Assembly: GCA_030038435.1 (NCBI GenBank)
Contig: JASHOY010000462.1
Location: forward strand, 12,850-76,849
Source of the DNA: Acidobacteriaceae bacterium
GTDB lineage: Bacteria > Acidobacteriota > Terriglobia > Terriglobales > Acidobacteriaceae
Length of the DNA stretch: 64,000 bases
Direction of reading: 5' to 3'
A program made the translations under genes and the position numbers. Within the stretch, counting starts at the first letter, position 1. Each line of letters opens with the position of its first letter. The notes under the pieces were generated by a model. That model had not been told where the DNA came from and searched no databases. It saw nothing but the letters and a program-made list of their open reading frames with translations. Positions 50,551 through 59,818 of this stretch are shown piece after piece.

Positions 50551-51594
50551 ATGCAGAAAAAGGCCGTTGTCCTGCCTGTGTTCCTTACCCTTGCCGCTGC
50601 GTTTACCTGCGCCCAGGCGCCGGCGACGCAAGGCCAGCAGCAATTCGCCGAGCTTGGAGTCTGCCATCTGGTCAGCGGCAAACAAATCGACCCATGCCGT
50701 CTCGGCTACCGCACCTGGGGAAAACTGAACGCTGCGCGATCCAACGCGGTTCTGATTCCTACCTGGTTTTCCGGGACCAGCGCCAACTGGTTCGACGCCA
50801 TCGGCCCCAGCGGCCTCGTCGATCCCGGGCGCTATTTCGTGGTCGTCATCGACGCTCTCGCCGACGGGGTCTCCTCGTCGCCCTCCAACTCGCCTCGACA
50901 ACCTGGCCCTGATTTTCCCGCCATCACCATTCAGGACATGGTGAATGCCGAGCATCGTATGGCCGTCGAAAGCCTCCATCTCAGCCACGTCCATGCGGTC
51001 GTGGGAATCTCCATGGGCGGCTTCCAGACTTTCGAGTGGATGGTCGATTACCCCAACTTTATGGACGAGGCCATCCCCATCGTTGGCTCTCCCCGGCCCG
51101 ACTCCCGCGACCTGCTACTTACTCTCGCCGACATTGACGCAGTAAAGTCCGATCCCGCCTTCGATGGCGGCCATTACACCCGGCCGGTGGCCGCGCCCGA
51201 AGCCGAGCTTATCTGGCAGCTCAACCTCACCACTCCTGCGAATTTCGCGCGGACTCACTCGCGCGCCGAGTTCGAGCGCGACTACGCGAAATGGGAAGCC
51301 AACGGAATTCTTCCTTTTGATGCCAATGACTGGCTCGCGCAGCTCCAGGCTTGCCGGCACCAGGACATCGCCCACGGAGCTACCCTCGAGGACGCCGCCA
51401 GGCGCGTGCGCGCCAAAGTGCTCGTTGTCCCCTCGCTTCAGGACCACATGGTGAATCCCCAGCCGGCTCTGAACTTTGCCCGCATGATCGGGGCAAAGAT
51501 ATTCGAGCTGAAGGGCGATTGCGGGCATCTGGCCACCGGCTGCGAGTCAGCCACACTGGACCCGCAGGTCCGCGCATTTCTTGATGCCAACTGA
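50551..51594 (+). CDS. Secreted alpha/beta hydrolase, homoserine O-acetyltransferase-like
   Basis: LGYRTWGKLN..NAVL, FPAITIQDMV, nucleophile GISMGG and C-terminal GH; signal peptide. Confidence 0.85.
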   Translation: MQKKAVVLPVFLTLAAAFTCAQAPATQGQQQFAELGVCHLVSGKQIDPCRLGYRTWGKLNAARSNAVLIPTWFSGTSANWFDAIGPSGLVDPGRYFVVVIDALADGVSSSPSNSPRQPGPDFPAITIQDMVNAEHRMAVESLHLSHVHAVVGISMGGFQTFEWMVDYPNFMDEAIPIVGSPRPDSRDLLLTLADIDAVKSDPAFDGGHYTRPVAAPEAELIWQLNLTTPANFARTHSRAEFERDYAKWEANGILPFDANDWLAQLQACRHQDIAHGATLEDAARRVRAKVLVVPSLQDHMVNPQPALNFARMIGAKIFELKGDCGHLATGCESATLDPQVRAFLDAN

Positions 51595-51600
51595 GACTTG

Positions 51601-53055
51601 CTATCTTCCTGTCCCGCCCACGGTCATCCGATCCAGCTTGATGGTCGGCATACCCACGCCCACCGGCACGCTCTGGCCGTTTTTGCCGCAGGTGCCGATG
51701 CCTTCGTCGAGCCTGAGGTCGTTGCCGACCATGGAGACATACTTAAGGGCCTCCGGGCCGTTGCCGATGAGGGTTGCGTCGCGGACTGGGGCCGTGACCT
51801 TGCCGTCTTCGATGAGGTAGGCCTCCGACGCCGAGAAAACAAATTTGCCGTTGGTGATGTCGACCTGGCCGCCTCCGAAATTGACGGCGTAAAGGCCGCG
51901 CTTGACGCTGCGCAGGATGTCTTCTGGCGCGTCGTCTCCGGAGAGCATGTAAGTGTTGGTCATGCGCGGCATGGGGATGGCCTGGTAACTCTCGCGGCGG
52001 CCCGAGCCGGTGTTGGGCATGTTCATCAGCCGTGCGGAAAGCTTGTCGCTCAAGTAACCTTTGAGGACCCCGTTTTCGATCAGGACGGTTTCATGCGTGG
52101 GCGAGCCTTCATCGTCCACGTTGAGCGATCCGCGGCGGCCGGCGATGGTGCCGTTGTCAACCACCGTCACCTTGGGGCTGGCCACAGGCTGCCCGATGAG
52201 GCCGCTGAAAGCCGACGTCTTTTTGCGGTTGAAGTCGGCTTCGAGTCCATGTCCCACGGCTTCGTGGAGCAGTATGCCCGGCCAGCCGGGACCGAGAATT
52301 ACTTCCATTTCGCCTGCAGGCGCGGGAACTGCTCCGAGCTGCAGCATGGCGCCGCGGGCAGCTTCGCGCGCCAGGCCCTCCGGGCTTTTGCTGCCGGTAA
52401 ATTGCTCCAGGCCGGCTCTGCCGCCGCCGCCCGCCGCCCCTTTTGTTGTCACCGCCCCGTCTTTGGCGATGGCAAAAACGTTGAGCCGGCATAGCGGCTG
52501 CGTATCACTGGCGAAGGCGCCGTCGGATGCGGCGACCAGAATGCGGCGCAGTTCCTCAGAGTATCCGGCTCGCACCTGTACGATGCGCGTGTCAAAAGCC
52601 CGTGCGGCGCGGTCGGCGCGCAAGATGAGTTCAAGGCACGCCGCCAGGTCAAGATCGTAGCCCACGAGCGGAACTGGATATAAACCGGCGGAAGGCCTTT
52701 CAACAAAACCCTGGACCGGCTGACGCGCCGGCCCGGATGCAATAAGCGCCGCAGTACGCGCGGCATGGAGCAGGCGCTCCGGGCTGAGATTGTCAGTGTA
52801 GGCGTAACCAGTGCGCTCGCCGGAAAGTACGCGGACCCCGCAACCGGCGCTGGTGCCCTGGCTGGCGGATTTCACAATCTGCTCGTCGACGCCCAGCGAT
52901 GTAGCCATTACCGATTCAAAATAAAGATCGGCGTAATCACCGCCGGCAGAAAGGGCTTCGCCGAGGCAGCGCTCCAGCAGCCGCTCGGTGATGCCGAACT
53001 TGTCAAAAAAGAACCGCCTCTGATCAACGGCTGGGGAAGGGTCTGGGCGCGTCAT
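51601..53055 (-). CDS. tldD: Metalloprotease TldD
   Basis: GPGWPGILLHEAVGHGLEADFNRK, PMPRMTNT and CGKNGQ motifs. Confidence 0.95.
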   Translation of the reverse strand: MTRPDPSPAVDQRRFFFDKFGITERLLERCLGEALSAGGDYADLYFESVMATSLGVDEQIVKSASQGTSAGCGVRVLSGERTGYAYTDNLSPERLLHAARTAALIASGPARQPVQGFVERPSAGLYPVPLVGYDLDLAACLELILRADRAARAFDTRIVQVRAGYSEELRRILVAASDGAFASDTQPLCRLNVFAIAKDGAVTTKGAAGGGGRAGLEQFTGSKSPEGLAREAARGAMLQLGAVPAPAGEMEVILGPGWPGILLHEAVGHGLEADFNRKKTSAFSGLIGQPVASPKVTVVDNGTIAGRRGSLNVDDEGSPTHETVLIENGVLKGYLSDKLSARLMNMPNTGSGRRESYQAIPMPRMTNTYMLSGDDAPEDILRSVKRGLYAVNFGGGQVDITNGKFVFSASEAYLIEDGKVTAPVRDATLIGNGPEALKYVSMVGNDLRLDEGIGTCGKNGQSVPVGVGMPTIKLDRMTVGGTGR

Positions 53056-53169
53056 CTTGTTTTCAGTTTACGCCCATCGAGACTGCGCCGCCGGGCGCGT
53101 GAAGGGCTCAATTTGAACCCAGCCGGGCAGGCAGCGCCGGAGACGGCCGCTTCGTGCTACATTTCTCCC

Positions 53170-53292
53170 ATGAAAACACCGCTGGTGTCAGCCTCGCTTT
53201 TTGGGGCTTTGGCCAGCCCGGCGCTCGCGGCTAAGCGTCACCAACATAACCACCATCTTTCCACGCACAAACCCGACTGGGATAAGACATGA
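53170..53292 (+). CDS. Candidate 40-aa signal-peptide + His-rich micro-protein
   Basis: MKTPLVSASLFGALASPALAAKRHQHNHHLSTHKPDWDKT; ATGA overlap with the next gene. Confidence 0.45.
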   Translation: MKTPLVSASLFGALASPALAAKRHQHNHHLSTHKPDWDKT

Positions 53293-53819
53293 GTGACCTC
53301 GACGATCTTCGCTATCCTATCGGCCGCTTCAATGCTGCGGAAGCGGCCGCGCCGGCAACACGCGCATCCAGCATTCAAACTTTGCGCCAGGCACCCGGGA
53401 ATCTGCATAACGCGGTGCAGGGTCTCAATGATGCTCAACTCGACACGCCCTACCGCGAAGGTGGCTGGACAGTGCGGCAGGTGGTTCACCATCTGGCGGA
53501 TAGCCACGCCAATGCCTACATTCGTGTAAAACTGGCCCTCACCGAAGACTGGCCGACGGTAAAGACTTACGACGAAGCGGCCTGGGCGAAGCTCGCCGAC
53601 AGCCGCGAGCCCATCGCAGGGTCGCTGGCAATGTATGAGGCCCTGCACCGCCGCTGGGTGGCGTTGCTCGGCTCCCTCAGCGAGGAAGATTTCCAAAAGG
53701 GCTTCCATCACCCCGCAATGGGGCGGCAGACGCTGGAACAGAGCCTGGCGCTGTATGCATGGCACGCGCGCCATCACACCGCGCACATTAGCGGTCTGCG
53801 CGCGCGCCAGGGCTGGTAG
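53289..53819 (+). CDS. YfiT/DinB-family metal-dependent thiol transferase/hydrolase
   Basis: LRYPIG, LDTPYREGGWTVRQVVHHLADSH and YAWHARHH motifs. Confidence 0.92.
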   Translation: MSDLDDLRYPIGRFNAAEAAAPATRASSIQTLRQAPGNLHNAVQGLNDAQLDTPYREGGWTVRQVVHHLADSHANAYIRVKLALTEDWPTVKTYDEAAWAKLADSREPIAGSLAMYEALHRRWVALLGSLSEEDFQKGFHHPAMGRQTLEQSLALYAWHARHHTAHISGLRARQGW

Positions 53820-53828
53820 GCACAACCC

Positions 53829-55418
53829 ATGCCCAGCGAGACGGAGCCGGCGGAGCTTGCGCGGCGCATTGCAGAGTACCTGGTCGAGCATCCCGCGGCT
53901 GCGGTGCTGGAAGACGGGCGCGTAAAGTTTGACATGCGTTCGGCACGGTACTCGGTGAGCGAAGCGCACGGGCGCTGCCTGCTGCAACTGTGGAGCGAGG
54001 AAGTCAACCTTGTTCGCTCGGTGGTGGGAATAGAGGAGCGTGGCAAATGCCTGCGCATCGCCACGCGGCGCATGGGTGTGTCGCGTTTGCAGAGCCTGCA
54101 GTTTCTGCCGTCTAATGATCGGCGCACTCCCACCACTCGCGATACGGCGCGGCGGAATTATCAGCGACTGCTGGAGCGTGTTGTAACCCGGAGCTTCATG
54201 GGCGCAAAGGCTGAGGGATTTCGCTCGGCAATGGACCTGGAGCACAGCTTCGGACCAGCCTATGCGCGGGGACGATTGCAGCGCGGCCCCGCGGCCGACG
54301 CCGTGATCGGCGTTGGTGCGAGCGAATCCGCTTCCACGGTTGACGGAGTATTGACGCTGGGCCTGCTCTGGCTGGATCATTGCCGGCAGCATAGCGATGC
54401 GCGCCGGCATTTTGGCGGCCTCAAAGTGGTCGTGCCTGCGGGAATGTGGCGGACGACTGCGGAACGAATGGCTTGGTTAAGTCCCTCTGCAGCGGACTTT
54501 CAACTTTACACGCTCGACGAGCGCAGCGAAGAGTTTGAGCCGGTAGACATTCGCGACACCGGCAACCTGGAGTCGCGGCTGGTCCATGCATTTTCGGCAA
54601 CTATGGCTCTCGAACGATGCCGAAATGGAATTGACCGGCTGATGAGGCTGGTCCCTGAAGGGGCTCGGGAGCGCGTTGAAGTGCTGCCCAAATCACCCAC
54701 CGAAGTCGCGCTCTTACTGCACGGCCTCGAATTTGCGCGCGCCCGCCATGCCGCGACTGGACACTCGTTTTCTGGAGAAGACGAATCGACCTTTGGGGCT
54801 GGAAACAATGAAACACCGCTGACCGAGGAAAATGCCGGTGCTTGCCGTGAGCTTTTTGCGCGGCTTTTCGCGGCGCGCAGGCGCGACGGCGAGCACAACG
54901 ATCCGCTCTTTCGCATGCATCCCGAGCGATGGCTCGAATCACGCCTGCGCAGCGGGCTGGCGGAACTGCTTCCCCGCTTGCGGGCCGATCTGATGTACTC
55001 GCAGGTTCCAGCGCTTTCCGTCGGTGCGCGCGGGATGCTGGATCTGTTGACCCTCGATCGCGAGGGCCGGTTAGCGGTGTTGGAGTTGAAAGCAGACGAG
55101 GATCTGCATTTGCCGTTGCAGGCGCTCGACTATTGGATTCGGGTGCGCGCTTTGAATGCGGACCGGCAGCCGGCGGCCGGTGGGGGACGTCCGCTTTCGG
55201 CGTTCGAGAGGCAGGGGTACTTTTGCGGAGCCGAGGTCTCGACGCGTGAGCCGCAATTGCTGCTGGCGGCGCCGGCCCTCCGCATTCATCCCGCTAATGA
55301 GCCGGTGCTCCGCTATTTTGCGCCGCAGATTGAGTGGGAGCTGATCGCCTTGAGCGAGCATTGGCGCCGCGATCTCAGCGTGATGTATCGCAAGCGATCG
55401 ACGGGGATCAAGACTTAG
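53829..55418 (+). CDS. Hypothetical protein with C-terminal PD-(D/E)xK (NucS-like) nuclease motif
   Basis: ERWLE ... LDLLTLDREGRLAVLELK ... QALDYW. Confidence 0.7.
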   Translation: MPSETEPAELARRIAEYLVEHPAAAVLEDGRVKFDMRSARYSVSEAHGRCLLQLWSEEVNLVRSVVGIEERGKCLRIATRRMGVSRLQSLQFLPSNDRRTPTTRDTARRNYQRLLERVVTRSFMGAKAEGFRSAMDLEHSFGPAYARGRLQRGPAADAVIGVGASESASTVDGVLTLGLLWLDHCRQHSDARRHFGGLKVVVPAGMWRTTAERMAWLSPSAADFQLYTLDERSEEFEPVDIRDTGNLESRLVHAFSATMALERCRNGIDRLMRLVPEGARERVEVLPKSPTEVALLLHGLEFARARHAATGHSFSGEDESTFGAGNNETPLTEENAGACRELFARLFAARRRDGEHNDPLFRMHPERWLESRLRSGLAELLPRLRADLMYSQVPALSVGARGMLDLLTLDREGRLAVLELKADEDLHLPLQALDYWIRVRALNADRQPAAGGGRPLSAFERQGYFCGAEVSTREPQLLLAAPALRIHPANEPVLRYFAPQIEWELIALSEHWRRDLSVMYRKRSTGIKT

Positions 55419-55496
55419 CCGGGTTTATTTCGAGACCCCTGGTTTGACAGGGAAGTTATAACTTCGAGCCCGGTTTGCCGGGATTATGATTCTCAT

Positions 55497-56507
55497 ATGC
55501 CAAATAAATTCCGCTGGGGCGTACTCAGCACCGCAGCTATCGGACTGAAGAAGGTCATTCCCGCTATGCAGCGGGGCGAACATACCCGGGTTACGGCCAT
55601 AGCCTCACGCGACCTGGCCAAAGCGCAACGGGCGGCTGCTTCGCTTGACATTCCCAGGGCTTATGGATCGTACGAAGAGCTCCTCGACGACCCGGAAATT
55701 GACGCAATTTACAATCCGCTTCCTAACCATCTTCATGTCTCCTGGACGGCGAAGGCCGCTGAGGCAGGCAAACACGTGCTTTGCGAGAAGCCGCTGGGAA
55801 TGAATGCGGCAGAGGCAAAGACGCTGCTCGCGGTGCGCCGGCGCACCGGCGTGAAGATCGGCGAGGCTTTCATGATCCGCAGCTACCCGCAGTGGTTACG
55901 GCTGCGCGAGTTACTCGATGAGGGACGCATAGGCGAATTGCGGGCAGTTACCGGATTCTTCAGCTACTTCAATACCGATCCCGCGAATATTCGCAATCTG
56001 GTGGAGTTTGGCGGCGGGGCGCTGATGGATATCGGTTGTTATCTAATTCACTCCTCCCGCTATGCCTTCCGGCAGCAACCCTTGCGCGTGGTGGCTGCCG
56101 TCGATCGCGATCCCGCGATGCGCACCGACCGGCTGACTTCAGGGCTTATGGAATTTGCGGGCGGCCATGCAATCTTTACCTGCAGTACGCAACTGATTCC
56201 TTATCAAAGGGTGCATTTTCTGGGTACGCGAGGACGCATGGAGATGGAGATTCCGTTCAATGCGCCGCCTGACCGGCCAACGCGGATCTTCATTGATGAC
56301 AGCGGCGACCTGTCAGGAAGCGGCATTACGACGGAGACCTTCCCCACTGCCGATCAATACACGATGCAGGGCGAAGCATTTGCCAGAGCTGTCCGGGAGA
56401 ATATCGAGCCGCCCGTTTCCCTGGAGGACTCGATCGCCAACATGGCGGTCATCGACGCATTATTCCGTTCAGCAACGACAGGCCAGTGGACATCTCCGGA
56501 GAAATAG
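55497..56507 (+). CDS. Gfo/Idh/MocA oxidoreductase
   Basis: WGVLSTAAIG, GKHVLCEKP and GGGALMDIGCY motifs. Confidence 0.93.
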   Translation: MPNKFRWGVLSTAAIGLKKVIPAMQRGEHTRVTAIASRDLAKAQRAAASLDIPRAYGSYEELLDDPEIDAIYNPLPNHLHVSWTAKAAEAGKHVLCEKPLGMNAAEAKTLLAVRRRTGVKIGEAFMIRSYPQWLRLRELLDEGRIGELRAVTGFFSYFNTDPANIRNLVEFGGGALMDIGCYLIHSSRYAFRQQPLRVVAAVDRDPAMRTDRLTSGLMEFAGGHAIFTCSTQLIPYQRVHFLGTRGRMEMEIPFNAPPDRPTRIFIDDSGDLSGSGITTETFPTADQYTMQGEAFARAVRENIEPPVSLEDSIANMAVIDALFRSATTGQWTSPEK

Positions 56508-56651
56508 CCAACCGGAGCCTACAAGATAAGAAGACAAGCTTGAATGATTTCGCCGGGAAATTCGCGATCATTCCACAAACGATTCATTCGCTCTCGATAA
56601 ACTTGCGCGGAGACGATGAAAGAAACCGCAATCTGGACGGGATAGCGAGAG

Positions 56652-56699
56652 GTCCCATCCTTCGAAACCTGTCTCTGAACCGGTTAAGCAGGATGGGAC
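56652..56699. repeat. Inverted repeat (REP-like or bidirectional terminator) between convergent genes
   Basis: GTCCCATCCT (56652-56661) ... AGGATGGGAC (56690-56699). Confidence 0.55.
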
Positions 56700-56755
56700 G
56701 TCAACAGCGAAAGACGAGCCAGACACCGCAAGATGGGTGGGCCGTTCATTGCCGT

Positions 56756-57004
56756 TCATTTTGAGGACGAAGCGGTTTTCTTTTGTGCGGCCCAGCGCCG
56801 CCTGACGGCTTCTGCGATTCGCTTACGGCCCTCTGCCGACAGCCGCCTCTTCTTCCCCGCGGGTTTGGCGGCGACCGCTGCCTTCTTTGCCCGGCCTCCT
56901 CGTTTCTTTGGCGCTGCAGCAGCGCCACTTCCGAGTAACACGCGTGCCTGCTGCAGGAGTGCGATTTCGCGATCGATAGATGCCAGAATCTCGGAAACTC
57001 CCAT
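56756..57004 (-). CDS. Small very basic protein (coiled coil + Lys/Arg-rich tail)
   Basis: GGAGG RBS; ILASIDREIALLQQARVLL ... KKRRLSAEGRKRIAEAVRRRWA. Confidence 0.8.
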   Translation of the reverse strand: MGVSEILASIDREIALLQQARVLLGSGAAAAPKKRGGRAKKAAVAAKPAGKKRRLSAEGRKRIAEAVRRRWAAQKKTASSSK

Positions 57005-57288
57005 ACTTTCCTCCAGATAGTCTGAAATGCCACAAGCAATTTGGAGCTAAGTCGCGAGCCCCGCGAAGGATTAACTCCCAGTCTCGATTAACATATCTGC
57101 TTTCTAATGATTTGTAAAACGAAAAGAGCATTTCTGAACGGCTTCAGACACGAGAATACGGCTCAAAAGAGGAAAGTTCTATCGGATGAGAGTTAATAAA
57201 AAGTATTTATTGAGCCTATTCCTCTGGCGTTTCACATCAGAGCCTTTAGAAGCTTCTCGATGGGAGCTTACCCAGGCCAGATGGACGG

Positions 57289-58356
57289 TCACGGAGTAAT
57301 TGGGGTTTCGGCGGAGCAGTGTTTCAAGTCACGATATATGGCTTCGAGACGTGCGGGGTTGCTATCCCAGGAAAACATGAAGCGTGCCGCACCTCCGATA
57401 AAGGTGTAGAAGTGCCATCCACTGTCGCGGAGACGATTCAAGACTTCTTCAGGGGCGCTGATGAATACGGCATTCGCCTCAACGGGGTAGGTTATGCGAA
57501 TCCCGGGAATCCCTTTGATGAGCTCGGCAAAAACGCGTGCGCATTGATTGGCATGCGCCGCATTGCGAAGCCACGCGCCGCTTTCGATCATTCCCACCCA
57601 GGGAGCGGAGAGAAAGCGCATTTTCGATGCTAATTGCCCGGCCTGCTTGCAGCGATAGTCAAAATCGACAGCCAGCTTGCGGTCAAAGAACAACACCGCC
57701 TCTCCAACTGCCATGCCATTTTTTGTTCCACCAAAGCAAAGGACGTCCACTCCGCTCTTCCACGTCATTTCCGCGGGAGAGCAACCCAGACCGGCACAGG
57801 CATTGGCGAAACGCGCTCCATCCATGTGCAGATAGAGGCCGTGGGCTTTACATGCGTCGGAGATAGCCCGCAACTCCGCGAGAGTATAGACGCGCCCCGT
57901 TTCCGTGGATTGTGTGATTGTCGCCACGCGCGGCTTGGGATAGTGGATGTCCTGTCGCTTCGTCGCCAGTTCGTGAATGGAATCCAGCGTCAGCTTTCCA
58001 TCAATCGCCGGCGCAATCAGCAATTTGGAGCCGTTGGAAAAGAATTCCGGCGCGCCGCATTCGTCGGTTTCAACATGCGCCTGTTCGCAGCAAATAACCC
58101 CATGGTAAGACTGGCAGAGTGAAGCTAGAGCCAGGGAGTTAGCGGCAGTACCGTTGAATACAAAGTACACTTCGCAATCGGTTTCAAATAGCGCACGAAA
58201 CGCGTCGGCCGCTTGCGCAGTCCATGGATCGTCGCCATAGGCTCTGGCATGTCCGCGGTTTGCGGTATCAAGTGCCTGCCATGCCTCCGGGCAGATGCCA
58301 GCATAGTTATCGCTGGCGAACTGCTCAAGTTGCTCCTGCTCTTCGGTCTCGCGCAT
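57289..58356 (-). CDS. ltaE: Low-specificity L-threonine aldolase
   Basis: FASDNYAG, HMDGARFANA and PLP-lysine GGTKNG motifs. Start inferred at MRETE. Confidence 0.9.
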   Translation of the reverse strand: MRETEEQEQLEQFASDNYAGICPEAWQALDTANRGHARAYGDDPWTAQAADAFRALFETDCEVYFVFNGTAANSLALASLCQSYHGVICCEQAHVETDECGAPEFFSNGSKLLIAPAIDGKLTLDSIHELATKRQDIHYPKPRVATITQSTETGRVYTLAELRAISDACKAHGLYLHMDGARFANACAGLGCSPAEMTWKSGVDVLCFGGTKNGMAVGEAVLFFDRKLAVDFDYRCKQAGQLASKMRFLSAPWVGMIESGAWLRNAAHANQCARVFAELIKGIPGIRITYPVEANAVFISAPEEVLNRLRDSGWHFYTFIGGAARFMFSWDSNPARLEAIYRDLKHCSAETPITP

Positions 58357-58445
58357 AGCGGATCCTTTCCTGGTTCTGAAGTGACTGGTCATGAATTCCC
58401 CATGTTGCCACGGGCAATACGGTTGTGAGAATCGCCATCTTGCCA

Positions 58446-58462
58446 ATTCCGAATTACGGAAT
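58446..58462. promoter_or_regulatory. Palindromic operator candidate ATTCCG-N5-CGGAAT
   Basis: Perfect 6-bp inverted repeat in the divergent ltaE/regulator intergenic region. Confidence 0.6.
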
Positions 58463-58543
58463 GTAGTCTACTGCAAGCTGGTGGTTCCCACTCGGATGCT
58501 GCCGATCTTGGCGGCGACCAACCGGAAATGGAGCAAAGCAGTC

Positions 58544-59761
58544 ATGGATGAGACGCAAAGCGCAAATCGAAACGGAGACCGCAACGAGTCACAGACCGTT
58601 CTGCGCGCCTGCGAAGTATTAAGGGCATTCCGGCGAGCGGGCGAAGAATTGCCGCTGGTTGAAGTCATGCAGCGCACCGGTCTGCCCAAGACCACGACCT
58701 TCCGATTGTTGCGAACATTGATTCACGGAGGTCTGATCGAGCGGGCCGGGGCCGGGCTCTATCGCAACAGCTTTGGGCCGGTAATGGAGAGCCCGTTTCG
58801 GGTGGGATTTGCAACTCAGGGAGACACCGAATTCGCGCGTGAGGTGAACCGCGGATTGGAGATGGTAGCAGCGCGGGAGCGGGTGCGTCTGATCACGCTT
58901 AACAATCGCTATAGCGCGCGCGAGGCGCTTCGCAACGCTGATCTGCTGATCCGCGAGCACGTGGATCTGGTGCTGGAATTTCAAACCTATGACCGCATCG
59001 CACCGGCCATCGCAGCGCGTTTTCTGGCAGCAAAGACACCGGTAATCGCCATTGAAGTGCCGCATCCCGGAGCCACTTATTTCGGTGCCGACAATTACAA
59101 GGCAGGACTGATGGGCGGCAAGGCGCTGGGCCGCTGGACCCGCGAGAACTGGGGCGACCAGGTAGATCAGTTAGTCCTCATGGAGCTGCCCATTGCCGGA
59201 TCGTTGCTGGAGCTGCGCCTGGCCGGACTGGTGGATGGTTTGCGTTCCGAATTGCCGCGCATCGTAGAGACGCCACTCATCCGCTTAGACGGGCGGGGAA
59301 GCTTTGACCAGGTGCTGGATGTGATGCGCAAATACCTGCGGAGGCGACGGCCGCGCCGGACTCTCGTGGGCACGGTGAATGACATCTGTGCTCTGGCCGC
59401 GCTGCGTGCTTTTGAGGAGGCCGGCTCGCCGGAACAGTGCGCGGTAATGGGACAGAATGCATTGCGCGCGGCGCGCGATGAGCTGCGCCGCACGGGGACA
59501 CGGCTGATTGGCTCGGTCGCATACTTCCCTGAGCGTTATGGAGAGGAACTGGTTCCTCTGGCACTGAATATCCTGCGCAGAAAGCCGGTGCCGACGGCAG
59601 TGTTCGTCAAACATCAGCTCTTAACTCCACGCAATGTGGATCTGGTCTATCCGCTGGATTGCGTGGCCGCTCACGATGGGGTTCCGAAAGAGCGAGCCAG
59701 AATGACTGCGTCGCGGGAGGAAAATTCCGAAGAGTGGAATCTGTCGAGCGCCGAAATTTAG
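58544..59761 (+). CDS. Hybrid regulator: IclR-type HTH + LacI/RbsB-type sugar-binding domain
   Basis: SQTVLRACEVL..TGLPKTTTFRLLRTL HTH, then PVIAIE..YFGADNYKAGLMGG and ND..ALAALRA. Start inferred at MDETQ. Confidence 0.85.
   Translation: MDETQSANRNGDRNESQTVLRACEVLRAFRRAGEELPLVEVMQRTGLPKTTTFRLLRTLIHGGLIERAGAGLYRNSFGPVMESPFRVGFATQGDTEFAREVNRGLEMVAARERVRLITLNNRYSAREALRNADLLIREHVDLVLEFQTYDRIAPAIAARFLAAKTPVIAIEVPHPGATYFGADNYKAGLMGGKALGRWTRENWGDQVDQLVLMELPIAGSLLELRLAGLVDGLRSELPRIVETPLIRLDGRGSFDQVLDVMRKYLRRRRPRRTLVGTVNDICALAALRAFEEAGSPEQCAVMGQNALRAARDELRRTGTRLIGSVAYFPERYGEELVPLALNILRRKPVPTAVFVKHQLLTPRNVDLVYPLDCVAAHDGVPKERARMTASREENSEEWNLSSAEI
59724..59740. promoter_or_regulatory. Second ATTCC-N7-GGAAT operator candidate upstream of the glycosidase operon
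   Basis: ATTCCGAAGAGTGGAAT in the last codons of the regulator gene. Confidence 0.55.
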
Positions 59762-59818
59762 GCGCCCGAGTTGCTGCGCGGAGACATTAGATTGACAGTT
59801 GGGAGCAGGCTGGAAACG

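Noticed and set aside
51601-53819. tldD region as a RiPP/microcin cluster
   Set aside because: No YcaO or other modifying enzyme, no transporter and no tldE nearby; only the speculative micro-peptide was kept.
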